This document shows, piece after piece, positions 1 through 12,038 of a DNA stretch of 64,000 nucleotides. Below the pieces are notes generated by a model, which ran no database searches, was not told where the DNA came from, and saw only the letters and a list, made by a program, of their open reading frames with translations. Location: NCBI GenBank assembly GCA_951406725.2, contig OX597841.1, forward strand, positions 4,216,001 to 4,280,000, read 5' to 3'. Numbering within the stretch: the stretch's first letter is position 1; the number at the start of each line of letters is the position of its first letter. The position numbers and the translations under genes are program-made. Source of the DNA: Octopus vulgaris (Eukaryota).

Positions 1-2
1 CG

Positions 3-124
3 TATGTATGTATGTATGTATGTATGTATGTATGTATGTATGTATGTATGTATGTATGTATGTATGTATGTGTGTATTTGTGTGTATGTATGTATGTATG
101 TATGTATGTATGTATGTATGTATG

Positions 125-158
<34 letters not shown>

Positions 159-356
159 TGTATGTATGTGTGTGTGTATTTGTGTGTATGTATGTATGTA
201 TGTGTTTGTGTGTATGTATGTATGTATGTATGTATGTATGTAGGTATATATGTATGTATGTATGTATGTTTGTATGTATGTATGTATGTATGTATGTATG
301 TATGTTTGTATGTATGTATGTATGTATGTATGTGTGTTTGTGTGTATGTATGTATG

Positions 357-388
<32 letters not shown>

Positions 389-708
389 CATGTATGTATG
401 CATGTATGTATGCATGTATGTATGTGTGTGTGTTTGTGTGTATGTATATATGTATGTATGTATGCATGTATGTATGTATGTATGTATGTATGTATGTTTG
501 TATGTATGTATGTATGTTTGTATGTATGTATGTATGTATGTTTGTATGTATGTATGTATGTATGTTTGTATGTATGTATGTATGTATGTATGTATGTATG
601 TATGTTTGTATGTATGTATGTATGTATGCATCCATGCATGCATGCATGTATGCATGTATGTATGTATGTATGTATGTATGTGTGTTTGTGTGTATGTATG
701 TTTGTATG
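3..708. repeat. (TATG)n microsatellite with variant units
   Basis: Directly visible tetranucleotide repeat; it generates the MYVC pseudo-ORFs. A second block lies at 821-1008. Confidence 0.98.
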
Positions 709-945
709 TCATTATTCAGTTCTTTTTCAAAATTTCTTGCCGATAGAGAAAGAGCCGGTTTCTAACCTAGATCCAATTCTCCTCCACTAGAATTTCAACA
801 TCAGCAGGGTATTTTTTTATATATGTATGTATGTATGTATGTGTGTATGTATGTATGTATGTATGTACGTATGTACGTATGCACGTATGTATGTATGTAT
901 GTATGTACGTATGTACGTATGTACGTATGTATGTATGTATGTATG

Positions 946-979
<34 letters not shown>

Positions 980-1291
980 TGTATGTATGTATGTATGTAT
1001 GTATGTATACAGGTTTGTATGTTATGTTTTATTCATGTATTCTCATGCATATAGTTGTATGTTGGACATGCTCATATATACTTAAAGGCTAAACTTCTGG
1101 AAAGTTTTAAAGATTTTTACAGTTCCGGTGATGGCTTGTGTAGTTTTTCGAATCAGATTTCCCCTTTCTGATTTTGAGAAGCTTAATTTCTCAAGATTGG
1201 CATTTAGGCAATGTGTTGCACATACCAGTGCCCCAATAATTACAAGTATTAACCTGAACTTGTAATCTAGATAATATATATGTATGTATGA

Positions 1292-1345
<54 letters not shown>

Positions 1346-1409
1346 ATATTTGTATGCTTTATTATATGTACGAGAGTGAGTCAAAAAGTAATACCATTTT
1401 GTTTACTGA

Positions 1410-1720
1410 AGGGGTTTCGAAGGGGTTGTCATTAGATCCCAATGAGAAGATTAAGTGTTGGAGGTGTGAAACGTAGCCGTGTGCGCCTTTCCATGACAGG
1501 TCAACTGTATGCAAAGTCCTCCTTCTTAAACCGAGTGATTCGACTTGTGTAGTTTGTGAAAGGGTATCCAAGTCGACTTCGGGTCTCAACAAACACACGG
1601 CGGGCAGTTTACAGGGATCACTTCTCACAAATGGTCTTAGTGTAAGTTACGACTTCCGTTTGAAACCCGTGCTTTAAATCATGTAGATCTTCAGTCATCT
1701 GAGAGGTCAGAGGTCATGGA
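1410..1720 (+). mobile_element. Possible degenerate LINE ORF2 C-terminal fragment with a C2H2-like zinc finger
   Basis: Translation near 1537-1605 gives DSTCVVCERVSKSTSGLNKHT (CxxC...SGLxxH), resembling terminal zinc fingers of some LINE ORF2 proteins; stops and frameshifts surround it. A mariner-like TIR remnant (TA-CGAGAGTGAGTCAAAAAGT) lies just upstream at about 1369-1390. Confidence 0.3.
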
Positions 1721-1786
1721 GGAAAAGTCAGAAATACCTTTGACTACGATGAAAAACAGAGATGACAATCAGGTATATATGTGTAT

Positions 1787-1979
1787 AAATCGCTAGCCAC
1801 TACACACATTTTTTTCTCTCTCTTTGTTTCTCTCCTTGTTTCTTTTCTGTGTATCTTTCTGTAGAAGAGCGTAGACTCGAAACGTAAAAGACTTTTTCTA
1901 TTCCTGAGCGCTATACTAACACATCTGTTTGTTTGTACACCACATGCCTTCGTCTTTTGTTTATTTTCGTAAACTTTCC

Positions 1980-1983
<4 letters not shown>
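1787..1983 (+). mobile_element. Repeat family F (~200 bp, (TA)n-adjacent, hammerhead-like motif); probable PLE-derived
   Basis: Homologous copies at 3930-4128(-), 46935-47125(-) and 47165-47365(-), with a related copy at 7543-7735(-). All abut (TA)n and carry the motif TCTTT-CTGNNGA-A-GAGCGTAGGCTC-GAAA-CGTA-AAAGA or a variant. Confidence 0.75.
1854..1891 (+). ncRNA. Minimal type I hammerhead-ribozyme-like motif, variant core CUGUAGA
   Basis: Stem I ucuuu/aaaga; core CUGUAGA-A; stem II GAG(C)/(A)CUC; GAAA; C-GUA predicted cleavage triplet. Confidence 0.5.
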
Positions 1984-2033
<50 letters not shown>

Positions 2034-2080
2034 TCTAGTTTCAGCTCAGAGCTGCGGCCATGTTGATGCACCGTCGTTAT
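2034..2080 (-). mobile_element. CR1-group LINE 3'-end stub (~45 bp) in (TA)n
   Basis: Reverse complement ACGACGGTGCATCAACATGGCCGCAGCTCTGAGCTGAAACTAG matches the LINE tails at 13400-13445 and 16478-16515 and the stub at 30452-30500. Confidence 0.7.
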
Positions 2081-2574
2081 ATATGTATATATGTGTATGC
2101 GTTTCTCTGTGAATATGTATGTTATTTAGCCCCGCGTCAGCTTCGATCAAACAACAAGCCATCCATGACTATCCCATCTTTTTAGAAGTCATTAGGCCTA
2201 CTGCAATCAATGTGTTGTTACTTTAAAACCTGCTTGGACGAAATTTTATTGGAAATTTAGCTGCTATTTCTCTCAGGAGGACCACCGCGTAAAAAGTTCC
2301 CTCGGGATATGCTGATCTAATAGACATTAAGAGAAATGTATTTCCCAGTTTTTAACTTGTTTAGACAGAATTCTGTTGCCCAAAGGTGGCTTTGTTGTTG
2401 TCATTATTGCTAATGCTGCTGCTGCTGCTGCTGTAGTTGTTGTTGTTGTATAGCCCCGAGGTGAGACCCGATCGAATATACGATGGCCAGCACGTCTTTA
2501 ATTCATTAATAGTGTAATGGAACTGCATTATCCGCCGAGCCATCGTTTGTCGATATTGTTGTTAAGTGAAATTA

Positions 2575-3278
2575 AGGGAGACATCGAGAGAAAGAGGGAG
2601 AGATACGAGGGAGAGGGGGGAGAGAGGAAGAGGAAGAGGAAGAGAAACGAGGGAGAGGGAGAGAGAGGAAGAGGAAGAGAAACGAGGGAGAGGAGGGAGA
2701 GGAAGAGAAACTAGGGAGAGGGGGAGAGAGAGAGGAAGAGGAAGAGAAACGAGGGAGAGGGGAGAGCGAGAGGAAGAGGAAGAGAAACGAGGGAGAGGGG
2801 GAGAGAGGAGAGAGGAAGAGGAAGAGAAACGAGGGAGAGGGGAGAGAGAGAGAGAGAGGAAGAGGAAGAGAAACGAGGGAGAGGGAGAGAGAGAGAGGAA
2901 GAGGAAGAGAAACGAGGGAGAGGGAGAGAGAGAGAGAGAGGAAGAGGAAGAGAAACGAGGGAGAGAGAGAGAGAGGAAGAGGAAGAGAAACGAGGGAGAG
3001 AGAGAGAGAGGAAGAGAGAGAGAAACGAGGGAGAGGGAGAGAGAAGAGAAAGAGGGAGAGGGAGAGAGAGAGAGAGGAAGAGGAAGAGAAACGAGGGAGA
3101 GGGGAGGAGAGAGAGAGGAGAGAAACGAGGGAGGGGGGAGAGTATATGGCGGCGAAAAATTTATGAGAGAGGGAGGGCGAAGAGTGAGAGAAGGATGAAA
3201 GAAGATGCGGAGGTTGTACTGCAAAATAAATAAAAGTGATGGAGAAAAGGGGCAAGGAAAGATTGACAAACAGAAAGA

Positions 3279-3360
<82 letters not shown>
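2575..3360. repeat. Purine-rich minisatellite (unit ~GAGGAAGAGGAAGAGAAACGAGGGAGAGG) followed by (GA)n
   Basis: Repeated unit visible at 2620-3135; pure (GA)n at 3283-3360. Confidence 0.95.
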
Positions 3361-3368
<8 letters not shown>

Positions 3369-3881
3369 AGGACAGACTAAAAGAGAGAGACAGAGAGAGA
3401 AGAACAGCCTAAATGAGAGGGAGATAAGGACAGACTAAAAGTGACAAGAGTGGGAGACAGAGAGAGAAAGAAAGAGAGATAGTGTCTGTGTTTTTTTCTG
3501 TGTGTGTGTGTGTGTGTGTGTGTGCTCCTGAATTTGCTGCTGCCCCAAAAAGTCCAAGATGACCGGAACTAAAATCTAAGACATTCCATTCCTGATCCAT
3601 CTGTCTTTAATATATCCAAGATAATATAGTCCTGTATATATATATATATAGGTTAAATGAGGCATGATTGCCCTTACTGCCGAAACAGCTGTCAGATATG
3701 ATATAATTACATATTATATTTTATATTTTATATTTCTATTTCCTTGTCTATTTATATTTACAATATATTTTGTATAATGCCTTTACTGTTATGTAATGGT
3801 GTAATAAAGTATTGTTTGGGTATCATCTGATGGTTGATGTTTGATTGATTTAAGTATGTTTCTCCATTTTCTAATTTTGTA

Positions 3882-3929
<48 letters not shown>

Positions 3930-3931
<2 letters not shown>

Positions 3932-4128
3932 GGGAAGCTTTATGAAAATAAACAAAAGACGAAGGCAGGTGGAATACAAACAAACAATTGTATTAGTATG
4001 GCGCTCAGGAATATAAATAAAACAAGTCTTTTACGTTTCGAGCCTACGCTCTTCAACAGAAAGATACACAGAAAAGAAACACGAAGAGAAACAAGGAGAG
4101 AAAAAAATGCGTGCAGAATCTAGCGATT
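3930..4128 (-). mobile_element. Repeat family F copy (hammerhead-like motif at 4027-4064)
   Basis: Reverse complement of the 1787-1983 repeat; core CUGUUGA with perfect GAGC/GCUC stem II. Confidence 0.75.
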
Positions 4129-4170
4129 CAATATATATTCGATCGGGTCTCACCTCCGAATCAACATATA

Positions 4171-4687
4171 TCTATATATATAAAACTGTAGTTGTGTGAG
4201 TGTCTGTCTCCTACGATTTAGATTCCTAACTACTCCCACATTTTGCGGTGCAGTTTAACCAAATTCGGGTATCTTATAGTCGTGATTAATATCGAGCCCG
4301 TCTGGCTATTAGCGCACGTCTACGGTGAGTCTACGATTTTAAAAATAATTTAACATCATTTTTTATTCCATTTTAATGCATAATTTTTCGTGTGTCGATG
4401 GCGGCGGAGTTGGCGTCCACGCTCAAACACCTGCACCTGTGTTTGCTTCTCCCCCTTCTTCCCTCCCTCGTGAAGCTGTGGGGAAGGGAGTTTAAGGAAA
4501 TCAACGTCGTAATGCGTTGTCAAGGAGACCAGCGTTCTTTTAGAACAACGACTTCATGGCTTGAAGACACCAAAACAGAAATGGCTAAGAAAGCCCGAAT
4601 TGGCATCTATAAAGGAAGTAACTCTCTAAAAATGCTTATATAGTTATTTCCCTTACAAACCCGAGCAACGCCGGGCGATACTGCTAG
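4171..4687 (+). mobile_element. Non-autonomous Helitron
   Basis: A|TC 5' end (TCTATATATATAAAA), subterminal GC-rich hairpin CCCGAGC-AAC-GCCGGG at 4660-4675, CTAG|T 3' end, inserted between A and T with no TSD. Confidence 0.85.
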
Positions 4688-4762
4688 TATATATATATAA
4701 TTTTTTTTTCAGAATGAGATGAAAAACCAAGGCTGTGAAGATTTTAGAACATTTATAGATAG

Positions 4763-4810
4763 GTCTTACAGCTGTTTCCAGGATATTTATTATATCCCTT
4801 CATCAGAGAC
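4763..4810 (-). ncRNA. Minimal type I hammerhead ribozyme, canonical core
   Basis: Minus strand reads GUCU-CUGAUGA-A-GGGAUAU-aauaa-AUAUCCU-G-GAAA-C-AGCU-G-UA-AGAC: stem I GUCU/AGAC, 7-bp stem II, palindromic CAGCUG stem III, GUA cleavage triplet. Confidence 0.75.
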
Positions 4811-4995
4811 GGTGTGAGAGGATGGTTAAGTAATAGTTAATTTAGATACGATACGAAATAGAGAGTGAAGTAGAGGAATGAAAATAGATGTGAGATATGC
4901 AGGGATATTGTATTTGTAGATCCATTATTTAGGCAGAATGGTATACATATAAGATTCCAATACCTTGTAAGTAAAATCCAATAGTATCTAAAACA

Positions 4996-5312
4996 ACCAA
5001 AGCCTTGTGAGTGGATTTGGTAGACGGAAACTGAAAGAAGCCCGTCGTGTGTATGTGTGTGTTTGTGTGTCTGTTTGTCTGTCTGTCTAACTATATGTCT
5101 GTATGTCTACCCGCACCACTTGAAAAGCTGTGTTGTTTACATCCCAGTAACATAGCGGTTCAGCAAAAGAGGCTGATAGAGTAAGTACTAGGTTTAGATA
5201 AAAAAAAGTTTTGGGGGGTCAATTCTTTCTACTAAAAGGTTCTTGAAATCAGTGCCCTGCCCCAGCATGGCCGCAGTTTAATGACTGAAACGAGTGAATG
5301 ATAAAAGATAAA
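4996..5312 (+). mobile_element. SINE family A, diverged 5'-truncated copy
   Basis: GCCTTGTGAGTGGATTTGGTAGACGGAAACTGAAAGAAGCCCGTCG...CCAGCATGGCCGCAG...GACTGAAAC. Confidence 0.85.
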
Positions 5313-5961
5313 ATTACCAATATATTACAGTAGGATGTAATTTGAGAGACAGACAGACAGACAGAGGGAGAGAAAGAGGGAGAGAGAGCGGGAGAGAGAG
5401 AGAGAGATCGCTGCTATTTCTATTATGTCGGTTCACACATTGCTGTTCCCAAATTGGTTGTACGCCTATAGGGTCTGGCTGTGACCTTAGGAATGAACAA
5501 AATAAAGTCTGTCACACCCCAGCAATTCTCGACCTGCTTCAATTACAATGCTTATATCTTACATGCAAAATTACCATTTGCGTTACAAACAATAGGCTAT
5601 ACATTATTTTACGAGGTTATTTTTGCATTTTACTTGCTTGTTATTTAAATAATAAGCTTATGAATTCTATTGAAAGTCGTATCAAATTATAAAGTAAATT
5701 AGAACTCACCTACAGGTAATCTTTATATACTTAATAAACATTTTATGCATAAAATATAATTTGATCATGCCAGCGACTGATACACAAATGCAAATTAGTC
5801 AAATCATTCAAGCTAGATTCTATTATCTGATTTAAGCAGCCATTGCAATCAATTTCTTATCGTCGAAAGAAGGATGACAGTAAAATTTTGGTTCGACGAT
5901 TGACCAATCAGCCGTAAAACAAATCAGAACATTACTCTTATTTTTCTTTGTGCACAGACAG

Positions 5962-6130
5962 TGCAGGAGTGGCTGTGTGGTAAGTAGCTTGTTTACCAGC
6001 CACATGGTTCCGGGTTCAGTCCCACTGCGTGGCACCTTGGGCAAGTGTCTTCTACTATAGCCTCGGGCCGACCAATGCCTTGTGAGTGGATTTGGTAGAC
6101 GGAAACTGAAAGAAGCCCATCGTATATATG

Positions 6131-6179
<49 letters not shown>

Positions 6180-6410
6180 ATGTATATGTTTGTGTGTCTG
6201 TGCTTGTCCCTCTAGCATTGCTTGACAACCGATGCTGGTGTGTTTATGTCCCCGTCACTTAGCAGTTCGGCAAAAAGAGTACGATAGAATAAGTACTGGG
6301 CTAACAAAGAATAAGTCCCGGGGTCGAGTTGCTCGATTAAAGGCGGTGCTCCAGCATGGCCGCAGTCAAATGACTGAAACAAGTAAAAGAGTAAAAGAGT
6401 AAAGAGAGAA
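5962..6410 (+). mobile_element. SINE family A, full length (tRNA-like head, internal microsatellite, CR1-like tail)
   Basis: A-box-like TGGCTGTGTGG, B-box-like GGTTCAGTCCC, CORE-like ACCTTGGGCAAGT, internal (TA)/(TG)n, tail GCGGTGCTCCAGCATGGCCGCAGTCAAATGACTGAAACAAG(TAAAAGAG)n; over 20 copies or fragments in the window. Confidence 0.92.
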
Positions 6411-6693
6411 AATAAAATGCTGTTTTATATATGTAAATGGTCGTTGGTAATCTATGATGTAATCACCAATTAATGGTGTGGTTTTCGCCATTCCTTTCCT
6501 TGTCTTATACTCTGAATTTCCTGAAATCCTTCTGAGCGATATTTGGATTTTCTTGTCATACATGAAGGATTTACCTTGGATGTTTATTCCACTTGCATTT
6601 CTTGTAATATGATTGTTGGACATAGTAAACCAAATTCGTTTAACACTGTCCGCTTTATATCTGCCTGGATTTATTAATCATTTTTACTCATTA

Positions 6694-7082
6694 GTGGAGA
6701 CGCAATGGCCCAGTGGTTAGGGCAGCGGACTCGCGGTCATAGGGTCGCGGTTTCGATTCCCAGACCGGGCGTTGTGAGTGTTTATTGAGCGAAAACACCT
6801 AAAGCTCCACGATGCTCCGGCAGGGATGGTGGTGATCCCTGCTGTACTCTTTCACCACAACTTTCTCTCACTCTTACTTCCCGTTTCTGTTGTACCTGTA
6901 TTTCAAAGGGCCGGCCTTGTCACTCTCTGTGTCACGCTGAATATCCCCCGAGAACTACGTTATGGGTACACGTGTCTGTGGAGTGCTCAGCCACTTACAC
7001 GTTAATTTCACGAGCAGGCTGTTCCGTTGATTCGGATCAACTGGAACCCTCGTCGTCGTAACCGACGGAGTGCTTCCATCCA
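6694..7082 (+). mobile_element. SINE family B, full length, tRNA-Arg-like head
   Basis: Head GCAATGGCCCAGTGGTTAGGGCAGCGGACTCGCGGTC...GGTTTCGATTCCC (A/B boxes); flanked by an 11-bp TSD TTTACT(C/T)ATTA at 6683-6693 and 7083-7093; homologous copy at 49890-50544(-). Confidence 0.9.
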
Positions 7083-7088
7083 TTTACT

Positions 7089-7208
<120 letters not shown>

Positions 7209-7309
7209 TGTACATGAAATATCCACTCATTACTCTAAGTATTGATGGTATAAGTGAATACACCCAAGTATAGTACATTTGTTCCTACCAGATAATTACT
7301 GCTAGTAAA

Positions 7310-7408
7310 ATGGAGAAGATACTGATCAATTCATCAATGAAAGATGTACCCATCCCTACTAAGGACCACTACACCAAAGAGCTAATTTATAGAGTTAATG
7401 AACCTTGA
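7310..7408 (+). pseudogene. Fragment resembling the N-terminus of a Penelope-like element ORF
   Basis: Translates as MEKILINSSMKDVPIPTKDHYTKELIYRVNEP*, similar to the 'YSxKNIPIPxKxxYxKxLIxKxE' start I recall in invertebrate PLE RT/GIY-YIG ORFs; not checked by search. Confidence 0.45.
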
Positions 7409-7499
7409 TGTTCATATGTAGGGGTTTAATAAATTATGTGATTGGGTACTATCTGGTAGTTGATTATTGATTAAGGTGTATTTCTCCATTTTCTTATTT

Positions 7500-7542
<43 letters not shown>

Positions 7543-7547
<5 letters not shown>

Positions 7548-7735
7548 ATCCAAACAAGAAAACACAGAAAAAAGGAGAAAAAAAACACAGCAACGCAGGA
7601 CGTGGAACAATTAAAGTATTATTTGACGCTCAGGAAAGAAGGGAAGGAGGGTTTAACGTTTCGAGCGGAGCTCTTCGTCGGAAACAAGGAGAAGGAAAGA
7701 TCCCAAGAAGGGAAGACAGAGGAAAAGATATTTGA
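7543..7735 (-). mobile_element. Family F-related repeat with hammerhead-like motif at 7651-7685
   Basis: Minus strand GUUU-CCGACGA-A-GAGC-ucc-GCUC-GAAA-C-GUU-AAAC; shares the downstream TTCCTGAGCG with family F; a short fragment also occurs at 23485-23530(+). Confidence 0.65.
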
Positions 7736-8162
7736 GCTGGTGGTGCTCAAGAGATCACATATATATATATATATAGATATATATATATATATAAATGTGT
7801 ATAAAAAAGTGTAAAAAATAAGCAATAAGAGTAAAAACAACGTCTATATACGCACAAACTCGCATGCACGCACACACACAGGTCTATATACGCACGTACC
7901 CGCACACATGCACACATCGAGTCAAAATCTGGTGATTTCTACCAACGAGGTATTGAAAATATTGTTAAACGTTGGGAAGAAGTTGTAAACAACAAGGGTG
8001 AATACATTATTAATTAATTAGTTGTTATTTTTTTTATTAAACCTTTAAAAAAATTTTAATTTAAAAAAACCGCGGGAACTTTGTTTCCAACCCAAATTAT
8101 ATGTGCGAGTATATATATATTTATTATATGTATGTGTATATATATGTATATATATATATATA

Positions 8163-8544
8163 TTCTCTTTCTCTTTCACTTGTTTCAGTCATTTGACTGC
8201 GGCCATGCTGGAGCACCGCCTTTAGTCGAGCAAATCGACCCCGGGACTTATTCTTTGTAAGCCCAGTACTTATTCTATCGGTCTCTTTTTGCCGAACCAC
8301 TAGGTGACGGGGACGTAAACACATCAGCATCGGTTGTCAAGCAATGGTAGGGGGACAAACACAGACACACAAACACATACATACATATATATACATATAT
8401 ACGACAGGCTTCTTTCAGTTTCCGTCTACCAAATCCACTCACAAGGCATTGGTCGGCCCGAGGCTATAGTAAAAAACACTTGCCCAAGATGCCACGCAGT
8501 GGGACTGAACCCGGAACTATGCGGTTGGTTAGCAAGCTACTTAC

Positions 8545-8548
<4 letters not shown>
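8163..8548 (-). mobile_element. SINE family A
   Basis: Reverse complement of the family A consensus; head clipped by (TA)n. Confidence 0.92.
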
Positions 8549-8589
<41 letters not shown>

Positions 8590-8593
<4 letters not shown>

Positions 8594-8915
8594 CGTTTTG
8601 GAATTTGGTTTGCAAGTTTCTTTATGTGAGTTCGTGTGTTGAAGCATATACTATTTTGTCTGGGGAGAGTCATTCTCTTTTTGTGCCTTTTAATTTAACA
8701 CACTCACCGCTAAAATTTCCACTTATTTCTTTTTAATTTTTCCAAAATTTTCGTTGGGTCTTGCAACCTTTCCAGTAGAGTCAAAACTATAGAAAAGTAT
8801 GCAAGACGCAACGAAAATTTTAGAAAAATAAAAAAGAAATAAATGGAAATTTTACCGCTGGGTGTGTTAAATTATATGGCATTAAAAGAGAATGACTCTC
8901 CCCAGACACAACAGT
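8590..8915. mobile_element. Repeat family C, fold-back (palindromic) element
   Basis: 8657-8775 is an imperfect inverted repeat of 8790-8908; the same family and fold occur at 57310-57647, with another half copy at 56940-57135. Confidence 0.75.
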
Positions 8916-8924
8916 ATATAAATG

Positions 8925-9152
8925 CGAGCTGGCAGAAACGTTAGCACGCCGGGCGAAATGCGTAGCCGTATTTCGTCTGTCATTACGTTGTGAGTTCAAA
9001 TTCCGCCGAGGTCGACTTTGCCTTTCATCCTTTCGGGGTCGATAAATTAAGTACCAGTTACGCACTGGGATCGATGTAATCGACTTAATACCTATGTCTG
9101 TCCTTGTTTGTCCCCTCTGTGTTTAGCCCCTTGTGGGTAATAAAGAAATAAG
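8925..9152 (+). mobile_element. SINE family D (tRNA-like head plus Meta-domain-like body)
   Basis: GAGCTGGCAGAAACGTTAG (A-box-like), GAGTTCAAATTCC (B-box-like), GCCTTTCATCCTTTCGGGGTCGATAAATTAAGTACC resembling the MetaSINE central domain. Confidence 0.85.
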
Positions 9153-9189
9153 TATATAAATATATATATGTATAAAAAAATATATATAT

Positions 9190-9316
9190 AAAAATACAAA
9201 ATGGGACAAGAACGCAAAACACTCAAAGAGACGACACAAAAAACGGACGGGTCATTCGAAGCCTCTAATCTTCAGTCAAGAACCGGATCATCCTCGCAAT
9301 TTCATCTGATTAATCT

Positions 9317-9320
<4 letters not shown>
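9190..9320 (+). repeat. Repeat family E, (TA)n-flanked
   Basis: AAAATACAAAATGGGACAAGAACGCAAAACA...GACGGGTCATTCGAAGCC; also at 17540-17795 and 62800-62907. Confidence 0.8.
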
Positions 9321-9358
<38 letters not shown>

Positions 9359-9429
9359 CATATGTATATATATATATACACACACATACACACTTACACA
9401 CACATATATGTGTATATATATATATATAT

Positions 9430-9530
9430 TTCATTTTCATCTAGTTTCAGCTCACGAGCTGTGGCCATGCTAGGGCACCGCCATTCGGTGTTGCTACATG
9501 ATTTTACTTCACGAATGCTTTTTAGCAATT
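9430..9530 (-). mobile_element. CR1-group LINE 3' end, 5'-truncated
   Basis: Reverse complement matches 13355-13445 (GCTAAAAAGCATTCG.GAAGTAAAATCATGTAGCAACACC...GGCGGTGCCC.AGCATGGCCACAG). Confidence 0.8.
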
Positions 9531-9789
9531 GACATTTATACATATAATTACAATAATAAAGGACAAATTTTTAAAAAAAATTATCAATGGCCAGCATATA
9601 TAAAGAACACCAATTACGGGGAAATTGCATATTTAGTTATAATAAGGGCGTTAGAAAGAAATCTCGCCTTTTCCGTCGGCTAGTTGCGCCGGAATCAACA
9701 CGTTTGTAACTTGCATGGTGGTGAGACGATTTAGCGTCTATTTCTCTGCATATAGGCTGGAAAATTTCTTTCTAACGCCCATATAAGTA

Positions 9790-10015
9790 TATCACCTTCG
9801 AAACGCAGAGTAGATGAAACCATGGCGACTGAAGAAGGGACATTTTCCTTGTGTTATTTGTCCTGTACTCTATTTTTTTGTTGTTTAAGAAAAATGTCCA
9901 GTTCCTTGGTTTTGTGTTAATGTTTTCGTTTCTCATTGTGTTCGACGTTTTTTGGTGTCCTGTACCCATATATGCGTGTATATATATATATACATGTAGA
10001 GGTTGGTACGTACAT
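9790..10015 (+). repeat. Repeat family G, (TA)n-adjacent, with CTGA(A/T)GAAGG motif
   Basis: Homologous to 31480-31730(-), 43420-43620(-) and 44172-44375(+). Confidence 0.75.
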
Positions 10016-10058
10016 ATATGTATATATATATAATATATATATGCATATGTTTTATTTA

Positions 10059-10112
<54 letters not shown>

Positions 10113-10300
10113 TATATGCGTATGTGTATCTGAGCACGTGTGTGTGTGTGTGCACCTGTATGTGTGTATGCGAGTATTGCGTCCCATTAAATTATTCATT
10201 CATTAATATTTTTTATTGCATCATTTACAGGTAAACGTACCGAAGAAGGCCAGATGAGTACTACACTTTATACGAGTGGAAAATTTCAAGGGATTAATAG

Positions 10301-10716
10301 GGATCTTTTCGGTTTGACCGGCAGTTTTTTCTAGCGGTGTCATATGAAATTATCACCCATAATTATGACCCTAGTATCGATCTATTGCATTTCAATCTGT
10401 TTTAGGGTTAGAGTTAGGGTTAGGGGTGGGGGGAAGGATATCTTTTTTTCTTCAGAAATGTAAATCTGTTTCTTAAACGAGGGACATATTCATACGGCAC
10501 AGAATGTTTTCACCTCAATAGGCGTCATTGATTGGTTGAAATTGCAGAAATTGAAGAAAAAAACACCAACAAATATCTTACAAACTATAGAATTTTCTCA
10601 ATAAAGCCAAGAGAAAAATATGATTTATAAACACATTCTACCAGTATACGAAGTTTAAAAGTGTTTAGTTACGTGGAAATTATTTTAAAAAACTGCCGGT
10701 CAAACCGAAAAGATCC
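10301..10716. mobile_element. MITE with perfect 30-bp terminal inverted repeats and internal TTAGGG-like repeats
   Basis: GGATCTTTTCGGTTTGACCGGCAGTTTTTT (10301-10330) and AAAAAACTGCCGGTCAAACCGAAAAGATCC (10687-10716); TTAGGGTTAGAGTTAGGGTTAGGG at about 10402-10425. Confidence 0.88.
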
Positions 10717-11431
10717 ATAAAAGTTATATCATTCGCCTAAATAAACTAAACTCTTTTTCTCATTCAATTGCATAAGTCAGGAATTTAAATAAACTTTAAA
10801 GAATATATGTGAATTGCTGAAAAGGCTGGAGGTAGAAGCTCATCAGTTAATTATATAAAACAATAAAGAAATCTTCACAATTGAATTATTAGACTACATC
10901 GACGCCGGTATACAACTAGTACAGGGGTCGATTACACCGGCCTCGGAAGAATGAAGAACAAAGTCTGCCCCGGAAAGAATTTACACTTCGAATGTAAAGA
11001 CGGGCGAAATACTGGTAACCGTTTTTTTGGATGTGCTAACGATTTTGTCAGCTTCCGGGCTTAAAAAAAAATACCAAATATTTCGCAAGTATGTCAAGAC
11101 GATAAACAAATTGAGTAACATTTTTATTGACAATACCCTAATTATTTAGGACATTACTACGGTAGAATGCATGTATACATGAATATATACATGCATTAAC
11201 TATTTTTATAACTATTATTTATAAGTTATAAAAATTATATATATATATATATATAATTTTTATAACTTATGTAATAGTTATGTAACATATATAATAGGCA
11301 CATAACACATAAAGTAATATGTATAAAGTGCAAAGATTGCACACATATATATATATATGTATATATCCATACATATATATGTACATGCATATATATGTAT
11401 ATATATACATATATATGAGTACATGAATATA

Positions 11432-11479
<48 letters not shown>

Positions 11480-11487
11480 GTACATGC

Positions 11488-11542
<55 letters not shown>

Positions 11543-11740
11543 CATGCATATACATATACGCATACACACATATAAATTTATGTATGTAATATGAGGAATA
11601 TATAATATAAATACTAATACATATATTTATAATAAATATTATCACTCCACGATACACTAGGTAAGTGACATCAACTATAGCCCCTATTCAAATACTGCCT
11701 TGCGAGGGAATTTGGTAGACGGAAGCTGAGCGCAAAATAA

Positions 11741-11810
<70 letters not shown>

Positions 11811-11858
11811 GTATGTATGTATGTATAGATAGGTAGATAGATACACACATGCACATGC

Positions 11859-11911
<53 letters not shown>

Positions 11912-11980
11912 TTTATATATGAATATATGCATATATATATAATATATATATATATGAATATATTCATATTTATATATATC

Positions 11981-12038
<58 letters not shown>

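Noticed and set aside
4-1092. Long ORFs of MYVC, YI, HT and CV repeats here and throughout the window
   Set aside because: Translations of (TATG)n, (TA)n and (CA)n, open in several frames and on both strands only because the repeats lack stop codons.
5832-6218. Recurrent peptides such as [29 protein letters not shown] as a gene family
   Set aside because: Antisense translations of SINE A copies, with inconsistent frames and stops.
6694-6770. tRNA-Arg gene (also tRNA-like sequences at 14800, 28905, 31330, 36571 and 50470)
   Set aside because: Acceptor and T stems are imperfect and most heads run into SINE bodies, two with TSDs; treated as SINE heads.
9255-9285. Hammerhead in family E (minus strand CUGAAGA...CGAAU)
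   Set aside because: No GAAA and no convincing stem II in any of the three copies.
10402-10425. Telomere or chromosome end
   Set aside because: Only about four units, internal to a TIR element.
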